DNA from: Chloroflexota bacterium | GTDB taxonomy: Bacteria > Chloroflexota > Dehalococcoidia > Lucifugimonadales > UBA2985 | Length of the DNA: 52,709 bases | Direction: 5' to 3' | Assembly: GCA_027622595.1 (NCBI GenBank) | Contig: JAQBZZ010000006.1 | Coordinates: forward strand, 1 to 52,709 | Shown here: piece after piece, positions 8,579 through 18,700 of the stretch | Position numbering within the stretch: the stretch's first letter is position 1 | How the letters are laid out: each line of letters starts with the position of its first letter | The notes under the pieces: generated by a model | What the model was told of the DNA's origin: nothing | Seen by the model: only the letters and a program-made list of their open reading frames with translations | Database searches by the model: none | Program-made: the position numbers and the translations under genes

Positions 8579-9654
8579 TATTTGAATGCTGAGTCACGAA
8601 TTTGTTTAACCAACCAGTCGTACTGCCAGTCGCAAGCCCCGCCCGCAGACCCGCTGCCGAAGCACGAGCTTATGCGGTGGTTCCCACGCTCATCAAATAA
8701 CCACTGTTGGAGAGCGGCCTCTTTCAAACGGTTCATCATCTCAGGTTCTACGTCTTTTTCCTCTTCGAACTCGGAGACCTTGAAGAAATAGGTGAAGTCC
8801 CCGGTGCTCACCGCATCGCTTGTCTCGCCCGGCTCAAGGGCGAATATGTCTTTGTCCAGAGTACCGAAGGCACCCTCTGGGACCCAGCCGTACAAGCCCC
8901 CGTTCGCCGCGGTGTTACGGTCCTCTGAGAACGCCTCTGCCAGGGCACCGAAGTCCGCTCCAGCCTGTAGACCTACGGACACTTGTTGGACGGATTCCTG
9001 GGCCTGAGCAATGGCCTCATCTCCCTCCGACAGCCTGGAGGAAATGACTATCCAGGACAGATTGGCCTGCTTGGCGACGGTTGGGATGTCTTCACCCAGG
9101 ACTTCTCTTAGCTTGGCTCGAAGGAGAGAAGCCTCGACGAAGCTCCGATGCTCCTTTTTAGATAGGTTGGAGGTGTCGAGAAATTGCGTGTATGCCTCAT
9201 TGAACTCCCTGTCCAGTTGGTCTGGAGGAACATCAATTAGGTCTGGTGAACTGCCAATAATTCTGTCCCTTACCTCTTGGTCTACATCTGAGGAGTCCAC
9301 CGTGATGCCCTTGCTAATTGCACCGCTTCTAACAAGCTCATCTTGCTGCAACTGCTGCATCAACAGGAATGGCTCAACGCTCAGGTCAACCTGCGCGCCA
9401 AGGGCCTCCAGCCCCTTCAGGTACTTGGTCACGAAGCCAAGGGTGAATTTAGCATCATCCACCTGCAGCACCACACTTCTTGGCGGGGCGATGAAATTGG
9501 ACCAATAACCGTAAGCTGGAATGGCCAGAATGAAGAGAACGGCGATGATGCCAGCTACAATGAGCGCCCGCTGTTTGCTTTGCTCTCTTTGCAGCTTGGA
9601 CTGGTGCCGCCTCTGGCTCGGGCGAACTATTCCGGGGTTTCTCTGTCTTGCCAT
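8578..9654 (-). CDS. Membrane-anchored SurA/PrsA-like parvulin (PpiC-type) foldase
   Basis: Basic N-terminus plus a TM helix, a SurA-like helical region, and parvulin motifs FGALAEAFSED..TAANGGLYGW and IFALEPGETSDAV. Confidence 0.8.
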   Translation of the reverse strand: MARQRNPGIVRPSQRRHQSKLQREQSKQRALIVAGIIAVLFILAIPAYGYWSNFIAPPRSVVLQVDDAKFTLGFVTKYLKGLEALGAQVDLSVEPFLLMQQLQQDELVRSGAISKGITVDSSDVDQEVRDRIIGSSPDLIDVPPDQLDREFNEAYTQFLDTSNLSKKEHRSFVEASLLRAKLREVLGEDIPTVAKQANLSWIVISSRLSEGDEAIAQAQESVQQVSVGLQAGADFGALAEAFSEDRNTAANGGLYGWVPEGAFGTLDKDIFALEPGETSDAVSTGDFTYFFKVSEFEEEKDVEPEMMNRLKEAALQQWLFDERGNHRISSCFGSGSAGGACDWQYDWLVKQIRDSAFK

Positions 9655-9747
9655 ATCTCTTGTTCTGTATCTACGGTAGACCTAGCACGCAGTGTGTGAG
9701 CGATGTTTCACCATCAGTAACCAACCTATACGGGTGAGAGGCGGGGG

Positions 9748-10059
9748 CTAAGCGTACGCTTCCCTCTCCGTGCGAATTTGCCCCTGAATAAATGGGAGTA
9801 GGGCTAAGTGCCTTGCTCTCTTGATTGCTAGGGAAAGAGCACGTTGGTGCTTGGCGCATGTGCCTGTCTTGCGTCGCGGCTCCATGCGAGCTCTTTCGGA
9901 GATGTAGCGGCGAATTCTAGGCACATCCTTGTAGTTTATCTCCGACACGTGATCCACGCAAAAGCCGCAAACTCTGCGCCTGGTGAAAAACCTGGGCCTT
10001 CCACGTCTTCTGGCATTTCCTGTATTTCCTGTATTTCCTGGACTGAACCTACTAACCAT
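9748..10059 (-). CDS. rpsR: 30S ribosomal protein S18 (Zn-binding, C+ type)
   Basis: CGFC...INYKDV...[26 protein letters not shown]. Confidence 0.97.
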   Translation of the reverse strand: MVSRFSPGNTGNTGNARRRGRPRFFTRRRVCGFCVDHVSEINYKDVPRIRRYISERARMEPRRKTGTCAKHQRALSLAIKRARHLALLPFIQGQIRTEREAYA

Positions 10060-10115
10060 TGGTTTGTGTTGCTCCTATACTTAATTTACGAGGAATATCC
10101 TGATTTGGATGCTTT

Positions 10116-10517
10116 CTAGAATGGTAAATCTTCCGCTTCTAGAGGAGGCTCGCCTTGTTGCTCCTCCGTAGAGGATTGACCAGTGGACTGCCTGTCAAGG
10201 AACAGTACGCGATCGGCAATAATCTCATTGCGGAAACGGGTCTGTCCATCGTTCCCCTCCCAGGAATGGCTGTGGAGCCGCCCGTCCACGTAGGCACGGC
10301 GTCCCTTGTTCAGGTACTGATTGCATAGTTCCGCTAGCTGGTTCCAAGCGACAACTGTAAACCATTCTGTGTCTTGCTGCTTTTCCCCATCGGAACTTGT
10401 GTATGTCCTGGTGGTGGCGATACGAAAAGATGTCACTGGATTGCCGTTGGGTGTATAGCGCATCTCAGGGTCTGTCCCAAGATTGCCAATCACCATCATC
10501 CTGTTCAATCCAACCAT
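10116..10517 (-). CDS. ssb: Single-stranded DNA-binding protein
   Basis: IGNLGTDPEMRYTPNG and the C-terminal EDLPF tail; lies between rpsF and rpsR. Confidence 0.97.
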   Translation of the reverse strand: MVGLNRMMVIGNLGTDPEMRYTPNGNPVTSFRIATTRTYTSSDGEKQQDTEWFTVVAWNQLAELCNQYLNKGRRAYVDGRLHSHSWEGNDGQTRFRNEIIADRVLFLDRQSTGQSSTEEQQGEPPLEAEDLPF

Positions 10518-10559
10518 ATCGTTGCTCCTTTCCCAGTCCCACTTAGCACCACAGGGCTG

Positions 10560-11171
10560 CTATGTGCCTTTCTCTTTCTTTTCCTCCTGAGGCTCTTGCT
10601 CCTCATCTGTGGGTGCGGGCTCGTCCTCAACAACGGCAACCTGGTCTTCGACGGGAGCCGCGGGCTCGTCTTCAACGACGGTGACCTGGTCTTCGGCGGG
10701 GGCCACAGGCTCGTCCTCAACGACGGCGACCTGGTCTTCGATGGGGGCCACAAGCTCATCTGCTGCAACAGCAACTGAGGCTTCCTGAGCGGCTCCCTCT
10801 TCAACAACTGCGGGTGCTTCCGGAGAAACGACTGCGGCAACCTCCGCAGTCGTCTCTGGCGGCGGCTCTTTTACTTCCGGAATGGCGTCTATCTTAACCA
10901 GGAGATGCCTCAATACATATTCTGAAAGCAGTATGCTGGCTTCCAGGTCGTTTGTGTATTGGGGTTCCATCTCCAGATGGGTAAGCACGTAATTTCCTTC
11001 GTTGTGGTTCTTAATTGGGTATGCCAACCGCCTCAGTCTGCCCCATCTTTCCTGGCGGACGACGCTGCCGCCGCGTTCGCTGACGTAGTGGTTTACCCGG
11101 TCCAATGTGGCCGATATCTGCTCCTCATCTACCTGGGGTGCCACCACCATCATTAGTTCGTAGTATCTCAA
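10560..11171 (-). CDS. rpsF: 30S ribosomal protein S6 with a long acidic C-terminal extension
   Basis: MRYYELM, WG.RRLAYPIK and VLRHL core, followed by an approximately 105-aa Glu/Ala/Val/Pro-rich tail. Confidence 0.95.
   Translation of the reverse strand: MRYYELMMVVAPQVDEEQISATLDRVNHYVSERGGSVVRQERWGRLRRLAYPIKNHNEGNYVLTHLEMEPQYTNDLEASILLSEYVLRHLLVKIDAIPEVKEPPPETTAEVAAVVSPEAPAVVEEGAAQEASVAVAADELVAPIEDQVAVVEDEPVAPAEDQVTVVEDEPAAPVEDQVAVVEDEPAPTDEEQEPQEEKKEKGT
10618..10761 (-). repeat. 45-bp tandem repeat, about 3.2 copies, in the rpsF tail
   Basis: DELVAPIEDQVAVVE / DEPVAPAEDQVTVVE / DEPAAPVEDQVAVVE / DEP. The DNA unit contains ctcgtc(c/t)tcaac..cg..acctggtcttcg. Confidence 0.9.
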
Positions 11172-11234
11172 CGTGATTCTCCCGGCTTATTCAACAAGCC
11201 ACTCCTATCTCATCTCATTTTGTGACGTGGGGGT

Positions 11235-11263
11235 ATTATAGCACTGCACCAGTCAGGCGACAA
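11235..11263 (-). promoter_or_regulatory. Sigma70 promoter of rpsF-ssb-rpsR
   Basis: Minus strand TTGTCG-17 nt-TATAAT, with extended -10 TG. Confidence 0.65.
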
Positions 11264-11273
11264 CGAAATCCTG

Positions 11274-12518
11274 TCAAGTGTCCAAACCAGGGACCATAAA
11301 CCTGGACGTCATTGCCTCCACGTCCCCTCTGATCTCCTTCTCTACCGCCTCATCCTCCATATTGGACAGCGCCTTTACGATGAGTCGTGCTATCTCTCTC
11401 ATCTCCTGGGTGCCGAACCCTCGACTGGTGACAGAGGGGGTGCCCAACCGCAGGCCGCTGGTGACTCTGGGAGGGCGGGTATCGAAGGGTATGGCGTTTT
11501 TGTTCACCGTAATATTCATCTTGCTCAGGGCTGCTTCCGCCTCCTGGCCGGTGACACCCATAGGCGTCAGGTCTACCAGTACCATGTGGTTGTCCGTTCC
11601 ACCGGATACCACCCTCAGGCCGCCTTCTACAAGGCCTTTGGCAAGGGTCTGGGCGTTCTCGACCACCGAGAGCTGGTATTCGCGGAACTCGGGCTGTGCC
11701 GCCTCGCTAAAGGCGACGGCCTTGGCGGCAATGATGTGCATGAGAGGACCACCCTGGGTCTGGGGAAAGACTGCCCGGTCTATTGCCCGCCCCAACTCCG
11801 GTGTCGAAAGTATGAACGCTCCCCTTGGCCCGCGCAGGGTCTTGTGCGTGGTTGATGTGACCACTTGAGCATGGGGCAGGGGAGACGGATGCACTCCCGC
11901 TGCAATGAGGCCGGATATATGAGCCATATCCACCATTAGAGTGGCCCCCACTTTGTCGGCTATCTGACGGAATCTCGGAAAATCGATGGTCCTTGGGTAA
12001 GCTGTATACCCGGCGACGATGACCTTGGGCTTGTGCTCTTGGGCAAGGCGTTCCACTTCGTCATAGTCCACGTACTCCGTTTCCCGGTCAACGCCGTAGG
12101 CTATGAAGTTGTACAGTTTGCCGGAGAAGTTCACCGGGCTGCCGTGGGTGAGGTGGCCTCCCTGGTCCAGACGCATTCCCAACACCGTGTCTCCAGGCTC
12201 CAAAAGGGCAAAATAAGCTGCCATGTTTGCCTGTGCCCCGCTATGTGGCTGTACGTTGGCATACTCTGCCCCAAAAAGCGCCTGTGCCCTGTCTATGGCC
12301 AGTTGTTCGACGATGTCCACGTACTCGCAGCCGCCGTAGTAGCGCCGTCCGGGGTATCCTTCGGCGTACTTGTTGGTGAGGTGAGAACCCTGGGCCTCAA
12401 GCACTGCCTTGCTGACGTAGTTCTCGGAGGCGATGAGGACTATGCTTTTCCGCTGCCTTTCGGCCTCCTTCTCAATGGCTAGTGCGACATCCGGGTCACT
12501 TAATTTCAAAACGCCCAT
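11274..12518 (-). CDS. glyA: Serine hydroxymethyltransferase
   Basis: [31 protein letters not shown] and [11 protein letters not shown]; AAGGAGG SD. Confidence 0.98.
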   Translation of the reverse strand: MGVLKLSDPDVALAIEKEAERQRKSIVLIASENYVSKAVLEAQGSHLTNKYAEGYPGRRYYGGCEYVDIVEQLAIDRAQALFGAEYANVQPHSGAQANMAAYFALLEPGDTVLGMRLDQGGHLTHGSPVNFSGKLYNFIAYGVDRETEYVDYDEVERLAQEHKPKVIVAGYTAYPRTIDFPRFRQIADKVGATLMVDMAHISGLIAAGVHPSPLPHAQVVTSTTHKTLRGPRGAFILSTPELGRAIDRAVFPQTQGGPLMHIIAAKAVAFSEAAQPEFREYQLSVVENAQTLAKGLVEGGLRVVSGGTDNHMVLVDLTPMGVTGQEAEAALSKMNITVNKNAIPFDTRPPRVTSGLRLGTPSVTSRGFGTQEMREIARLIVKALSNMEDEAVEKEIRGDVEAMTSRFMVPGLDT

Positions 12519-12698
12519 GATACCTCCTTACCAGCCCTCACAATTACTCAAATGCAACGAGAGCCAGGCAGCCCCTGTCGCCATAGCTCTCGCCCGGCAG
12601 ATTCTTTTGTCCTTTTTGTCCCCGACAAGCCCCTCCCCCGCTCGGCGGGCAGGGGCTTTCACCTAGCCTAGTTTAGGGAAGGGCACTTGGCCTGTCAA
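12519..12698 (-). promoter_or_regulatory. glyA promoter and approximately 145-nt structured 5' leader
   Basis: TTGACA (12693-12698)-17 nt-TAAACT (12670-12675) on the minus strand; hairpins at 12627-12658 and 12558-12592. Confidence 0.65.
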
Positions 12699-12708
12699 CG
12701 CCATCTAC

Positions 12709-13281
12709 CTATATAAGATCCGGCTCCAGCAAGCCGTAACCTCCGTTTACTCGTCTATAGAGGACGTTGTACTCACTGGTGTCGATATTGTAGAAAAAGA
12801 AGAAGTCGTGCCCAAGCAGCTCCATCTGGTTTTTGGCCTCATCCACGGGCATGGGTTTCATGATGAACCGTTTCACGCGCGCAAGCCCATTGCTTTCAAC
12901 GGAGGATTCCTCATCCTGCCGGATTTCAGTAGCTTGCGGGTCCCTTATGGTTGCGGACTTTTCGGACTTCCTGACCTGCTCGCTCTTGTACATCCTGCCT
13001 TTGAGCCTGCGCACCCTGCCGTCCAACGTCTCGGCCACTGCGTCGATGGCCGCGTTGATGGTTGGCGCTCTCTCTTCGCCGCGCAGGATTGTCCCGTTAA
13101 AGTTCAGAGTGATCTGGGCGACTATCCTGTCCTGCTGAGAGCGGGTGTTCTCCATGGTCAACTCCACTCTGGCCTCGCCTATGTTGTCGAGGAGGCGGCT
13201 CAGCCGGTCCAGTTTCTTGGTGATATAGCTCTTGGAACTCTCGGAGACGGTGAGATTCTTCCCCCGTATTTCTGCGTCCAT
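12709..13281 (-). CDS. hpf: Ribosome hibernation promoting factor (long HPF/RaiA)
   Basis: IRGKN, LRGEE...AAID and the C-terminal KPMPVDEA..QMELLGHDFFFFYN...NVLYRR..GGYGLLEP. ATG 13281 follows a GAGGAAG SD. Confidence 0.92.
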   Translation of the reverse strand: MDAEIRGKNLTVSESSKSYITKKLDRLSRLLDNIGEARVELTMENTRSQQDRIVAQITLNFNGTILRGEERAPTINAAIDAVAETLDGRVRRLKGRMYKSEQVRKSEKSATIRDPQATEIRQDEESSVESNGLARVKRFIMKPMPVDEAKNQMELLGHDFFFFYNIDTSEYNVLYRRVNGGYGLLEPDLI

Positions 13282-13452
13282 TCTTCCTCTCTTCCTCTCT
13301 TCCTCTCTGTCCTGTATCAGGGGCAATTATGTACCTGGCTATCCACATGATGCCAGGATGTTCTATACATATATTCTATTTGAAGTTGGGGCTTCCCTCA
13401 AGGGAACAGTTCTGGAAATGCCCGTGGTAGGCATGATTGGGTGATCTATTCT

Positions 13453-14184
13453 CTAGGATTCCCGCGCCAGGGTCAGACCCCATACGGCGGCGGCTCCCGC
13501 TTCCTTGAGGGCCAGAGCGCAGGCCTCCAGGGTGGCGCCCGTGGTGCAAACGTCATCCACCAGCACCACCTCCAATCCTTCCATCAGAAATGGATTGGGA
13601 CAGCGGAATGAGCCTTGAACGTTGGCCCTTCTCTCTTGGGCTGTGGAGCTTTTGGCCTGCGGAGGCCCGTTGCTTACGCGGAAGAGCGCCTGTGGGACGA
13701 CTGCGATTCCGAGTTTCGCACCTATTTCTTTGGCCAACAGGTGTGCTTGGTTGTACCCGCGTTGTTTCTCGCGCTGCCGGTGCAACGGGACCGGCACGAG
13801 GACTCGCGCCGGCGCTTGCTGCGAACTATTTTGTAAATTATGCAAAACAAGGAAATCTGCCAGAAGTCCTCCCAGTACAGGAGCTATGGAGCGGAGGTTG
13901 TTGTACTTCACGCGGTGCACGGCCTCTCTGATTGTCCCTTCCATCAGGAACGGGGCGCGTATGCCGTCTATGGCCAGTGGCGATTCAAGGCAGCGGGCGC
14001 ACGTATTGCCGCGGGCGATTGGTTGAGCGCAACGCAGGCAGTAGGGAGCAACGAGCCGCGGTAGGGAATCGAGGCAGGTGGAGCAGAGGAAACGTCCTTC
14101 GCTGTTGCAGCCAACGCACCTGGGTGGATAGAGCATGTCAAGGGACGCCGATGCCAGTTTTGTTATCCCGCCAAGTAAGCTCAC
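13453..14184 (-). CDS. comF: ComF-family protein (double zinc ribbon plus phosphoribosyltransferase domain)
   Basis: Four CxxC pairs, VPVPLH..R..QRGYNQA and LVDDVCTTGATL. Confidence 0.9.
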   Translation of the reverse strand: MSLLGGITKLASASLDMLYPPRCVGCNSEGRFLCSTCLDSLPRLVAPYCLRCAQPIARGNTCARCLESPLAIDGIRAPFLMEGTIREAVHRVKYNNLRSIAPVLGGLLADFLVLHNLQNSSQQAPARVLVPVPLHRQREKQRGYNQAHLLAKEIGAKLGIAVVPQALFRVSNGPPQAKSSTAQERRANVQGSFRCPNPFLMEGLEVVLVDDVCTTGATLEACALALKEAGAAAVWGLTLARES

Positions 14185-14295
14185 GGATCGCCCCCTACTA
14201 TCACTATGCTACCATTACTTTGAGACAGACGTCTTATGCAAAATGTCTTTTATTATGGAATTTTATGGAAACATTATAAGAATTTACCAAAGATT

Positions 14296-15015
14296 ATGAT
14301 AAAAGCTATTTTCTTCGACTTCTACAACACATTGGGCAAATTCGATCCGCCAAGGGAGGAGCTTCAGGCCAGGGCCTGCGGCGAGTTCGGCATCCAGGTC
14401 ACGCCCGAGGGCATTGCCAGAGGCTATGCCATGGCCGATGACTACATGGCTCGGGAGGCGGCACGACTGCCCCTGCGGGAACGGGATAGCCGGAATACGA
14501 AAGAATTCTTTGCCGAGTATCAACGCCTGATTCTAGAGGGCGCTGGGGTGCAGGTCTCTCACGAATTGGCGCTGAATGTAATCACACGGATCAGGGAGTT
14601 CCCCTACGATTACGCCCTCTTCGACGACGTTCTTCCCACGCTTGATATGCTCAAGAAACAGGGCATTACCCTGGCGCTACTGTCCAACAACGACGGCGAT
14701 ATAAACAAGCTGTGCGACGACCTTGGCCTATATCCACATTTGGACTTCGCGATTAATTCTCAGGATGTGGGCGCTGGCAAGCCCCACCCGCCCATTTTCT
14801 TGGAGGCCCTGAGCCGTGCTCAGGTGGAACCAGAGGAGGCTCTGTACGTGGGTGACCAGTATGAGACCGACGTGGAGGGCGCGCGTGGCGTCGGTATTCA
14901 CCCCGTGTTCCTCGACCGCGATGGCCTGAAGACCGATGTCCAGGACTGTCCCCGCATAGAGGGTCTGGCGGAGCTCGTGGACTTGGTGAGGAAGATGAAG
15001 GAAGGGGAGGGATAG
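14296..15015 (+). CDS. HAD-superfamily hydrolase (subfamily IA)
   Basis: IFFDFYNTL, LLSN, KPHPPIF and YVGDQYETDVEGA. Confidence 0.9.
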   Translation: MIKAIFFDFYNTLGKFDPPREELQARACGEFGIQVTPEGIARGYAMADDYMAREAARLPLRERDSRNTKEFFAEYQRLILEGAGVQVSHELALNVITRIREFPYDYALFDDVLPTLDMLKKQGITLALLSNNDGDINKLCDDLGLYPHLDFAINSQDVGAGKPHPPIFLEALSRAQVEPEEALYVGDQYETDVEGARGVGIHPVFLDRDGLKTDVQDCPRIEGLAELVDLVRKMKEGEG

Positions 15016-15133
15016 AATAGTACCGGGTGTGGTGCAATCCGTTTATTATCTAGGGTATGAGTGTATACGATTGAACCACGATTGCATATTTAGTAACATG
15101 CCAAAGTCAGGCGTCAAATTGGAGATATATACC

Positions 15134-15364
15134 ATGAAGGGAGCCATCCTATTGTCAAATGAGAACGACATTCGAAAGTTTATTTAGACGCGCAAGCAGC
15201 TGTTAGACATTAAGAATAGAGAGTGGCTTGAAGCGGAGCACGAAGCTTTTGTCAAACGAGATGATGAATCAAGCGAACGCGCCAGGAATCTGTTGTATGA
15301 GTACATAGCTCTCTTGAAGGGTGATGGGATGGAACTCCCAGAAGGCTGGTATATCTCAGAATAA
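15134..15364 (+). pseudogene. Small ORF (76 codons) interrupted by an in-frame TAG at codon 18
   Basis: GGAG SD, then ATG 15134; MKGAILLSNENDIRKFI*TRKQLLDIKNREWLEAEHEAFVKRDDESSERARNLLYEYIALLKGDGMELPEGWYISE*. Confidence 0.5.
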
Positions 15365-15388
15365 TCCTAAGCTACTTGCATGAATTCT

Positions 15389-15676
15389 CTAGCACCGGCC
15401 AGGGCCACACCCATCCCAGGCGTCTCTTTCCACATCAGAAATATTGCTGATTATGCCTTCTCCAACGAAAATCGCGACAAATAATAGGACGCCGATAATA
15501 ATTCCGGCCCAAAGTAAGTAGCTGAGAGGACGAAGGCGCTCATCCTCTGCGATTCTCGCTTCATCATCCTGAATTCTGTGTATATGAGATTCCAGTAGTT
15601 GGGTTCCAACAAGTCCTGTCACCTCTACAACAAGACCTGTCCCCATTAGGATTGGCATTACCGCGTCCCAATTCAT
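15389..15676 (-). CDS. Small hypothetical membrane protein (2 TM)
   Basis: 95-aa ORF with two hydrophobic segments and a C-terminal CGPGRC; lies in an AT-rich islet. Confidence 0.6.
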   Translation of the reverse strand: MNWDAVMPILMGTGLVVEVTGLVGTQLLESHIHRIQDDEARIAEDERLRPLSYLLWAGIIIGVLLFVAIFVGEGIISNISDVERDAWDGCGPGRC

Positions 15677-15736
15677 CTCGATGCCCCTATAATCTTAATT
15701 CGTTTCACTATTCATTGTAAAACTCTAAGTCAGGCT

Positions 15737-18700
15737 CTACCCCCCGCCGGAAAGCTCCAAGACCTCGGCTTTGAAGGCAGCCAGTCCTGCAAATGTCTGC
15801 ACAATCTCTTGCTGCCAGCTTGCATTTAGAGGCACTCTTATCTGGCTGTGTCCCACCTGAACCGCATTGCCCAATACCTTCTGAAGGGCCACCCGCGCTC
15901 CTCCCACCGGCTCTCTGAGTTGTATCACCGCCATCTTACTCTGACGTGATATGGATTCTGCCCCTGCCTCTCTGGCCAGCGCCTTGAGTTCCACCACGTA
16001 CAGCAGTTCCCTGACCGGCTTCGGAAGTGAGCCGAACCTGTCCCTGATTTCGTCGCCCAAGGGCTCTATCTCTTCGCGGCGCAGCGGACGGGCCAGTCGC
16101 TGGTATACACCAAGACGAGTGGTGAGGTCAGGGATGTAGTCGAGGGGTATGTAGGCAGAAATTGGCAGGTCCAGTTTCACCTCAGCGGGTTGAGGAACGT
16201 CGTCCACAGACCCGTCCTGCCTTGCTTTCAACTCCTCCACAGCCTCGGAAAGCAATTGGGAGTACAGGTCGTAGCCTATGGCGTGGATGTGCCCGCTCTG
16301 TTCGGCCCCCAGGATGTTGCCCGCACCCCTTATCTCAAGGTCTCTCATCGCAATGCGGAATCCAGATCCCAGTTCCGTGGCCGCCAGAATGGTCCTGAGC
16401 CGCTTCTCCGCGGTCTCCGTGACGCGGCCATTCTTGGGCACCATCAAATATGCATAGGCCCTGTTGGCGCTCCTTCCAATACGGCCCCGTAGCTGATAGA
16501 GCTGGGCCAGTCCCAGCATATCTGCCCTGTCTATGATTAGTGTGTTGGCGTTTGGAATGTCCAGCCCCGCCTCGATGATGGTGGTGCACACAAGCACGTC
16601 GCTCTTGTTCTGAGCGAAGTCGGCCATTACGGTCTCCAGGACATCCTCGGGCATCTGGCCGTGGCCGACAGAGACCGTGGCCTCCGGGACGATGTTGCGT
16701 ATCTTTTCGGCGGTCTCCGCAATGCTGCGCACCCGGTTGTGAAGAAAGAACACCTGGCCGCCCCGGTCTATCTCACGTAAGATGGCCTCCCGTATCAGGT
16801 CTTCGCTGTACTCGGACACGTAGGTCTTGATGGACAGGCGTTCCTCTGGGGGAGTTTCTATGGTGCTCATGTCCCTCACTCCTGAGAGTGCCATGTGCAA
16901 AGTGCGTGGTATGGGAGTGGCGCTGAGCGTGAGGATGTCCGCGTCCTTCCTCAGCCCCTTGAGGCGTTCCTTGTGAGCGACTCCGAAACGCTGCTCCTCG
17001 TCCACGATCACAAGGCCAAGGTTCTTGAAAGATACGTCCATTTGCAGCAGGCGGTGGGTGCCGATGCATATGTCCACCAGTCCCGAGGTCAATTTCTCCG
17101 TCACTTGTCGCTGCTCCTCGTTGGTGCGGAAACGGCTCAGCACCTCGACCCTCACCGGGAAGGGCGCGAGCCGTTGGGTAAAGGTGGCGTAGTGCTGCTG
17201 GGCCAGGACGGTGGTAGGAACCAGGACTGCCACCTGAAGCCCGTCCATTACCGCTTTGAAGGCTGCCCTCAAGGCTACCTCGGTCTTGCCGTAGCCAACG
17301 TCGCCGCACACCAGACGGTCCATTGGCCTGGACACTTCCATGTCCAACTTGACCTCGCGGATGCTCTCCAACTGGTCAGGGGTTTCCTCGTATGGAAAAG
17401 AGTCTTCCATCTCCTGCTGCCAAGGCGTGTCGGGGGAGAAGGTGATTCCCTGGGCCATCTCCCGAGAGGCATAGAGGGCCAGGAGTTGCTCTGCCAATTC
17501 TCTGGTGGATGCCTTGGCTCTCGCCTTGGAACGGCTCCACTCCTGGGTGCTCAGGCGTGTGAGAGCTGGAACACGCTCTCCCGGGGCCGTGTATGGGGAC
17601 AGCCTGTCCAACTGGTCGGTTGGCACGTAGAGCTTGTCGCTTTCGGCATACTCAAGCACCAGGTACTCTCTTTCGTTCTCTCCCTCACCCATGCGGTTGG
17701 TGCCTGCAAAACGCCCGATGCCGTGCTCCGTGTGAACAAGGTAGCTCCCAGGCTCAAGGTCCGAGAGGAAGGCGGCGCGTCGAACTGGTGCTCTCCTCCT
17801 GGTGGGGCGCTCTTTAGCCTGTCCCATAATCTCCACGTCGGTGAGGACGTGCAGGGTGGAACCGTCCAGTGGGAGGCTCCATCCTTCGGCCAGGGAGCCG
17901 CGTACCAGCGCGACAGTACCCTTGCCAAGTCCTCCATCAAAATCCCTATCGACAAATTCCCTGTCCAGCGGAACAGAGATACCTTGACCCCGAAAGACCT
18001 CGGTCAAACGAGCGGCGTAATGCGATACCAGCAGCACCCTGTCTCCATCCTGCTGCCAACTCAGAACATCCTTGGCCAGGGCATCCAACCGGCCCGAGTA
18101 GCTCCTTGGAGGTAGGAAGTCCATCTCCGCCGATGGTGACCCTCCGTTAGAAACAAGGCCAGATGTCCATGGAGAAACGTCCAGTCGACGGAGTGCCGAC
18201 GACAGCCGTTCGTTCAGCTCATTCGCTGGAATATGAAGCGAGGGGAAGTTTCGGGGCACGTCTCCTCGTTCCTCCTTGGCTGACCTCAAGTCTCCGGCCT
18301 TCTCATCCATGGCCAGACCTTCTTCTTCCACCTCACCCGGCCTCACCACCATCAGGAGACCATCTTTGGGAAGAAAATCCAATGGGATTCCCTGACAGAA
18401 GAAACCGCTGTAGAAACCGGGCTCCTCCGGTATATGGCCGGTTGAAAGCAGGCTCATCTCTTCTGTGATACGTTCCTGTGTGGTAACGGTGCAATTGGAG
18501 GCGTCGAGCTGGCTGTATAGCTCCTCAACCTCGTCCCGTTTCCCAAGCGCTGGCAGTGCCTCCTGGGCGGGCAGGATGAACACCCTTTCGACCGATTTCA
18601 CCGAGCGCTGTGTCATGGGATCGAAAAGGCGAATGCTCTCGACCGAGTCTCCAACCAGTTCGATGCGAGCGGGGAGCTTTGCTCCCAGCGAATAGATGTC

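Noticed and set aside
15121-15136. GGAGATATATACCATG resembling the T7 g10/pET ribosome-binding site
   Set aside because: Imperfect short match with no other vector sequence; treated as a natural SD.
16895-18115. 406-aa plus-strand ORF
   Set aside because: Antisense shadow of mfd with no recognisable motifs; expected from codon bias in GC-rich genes.
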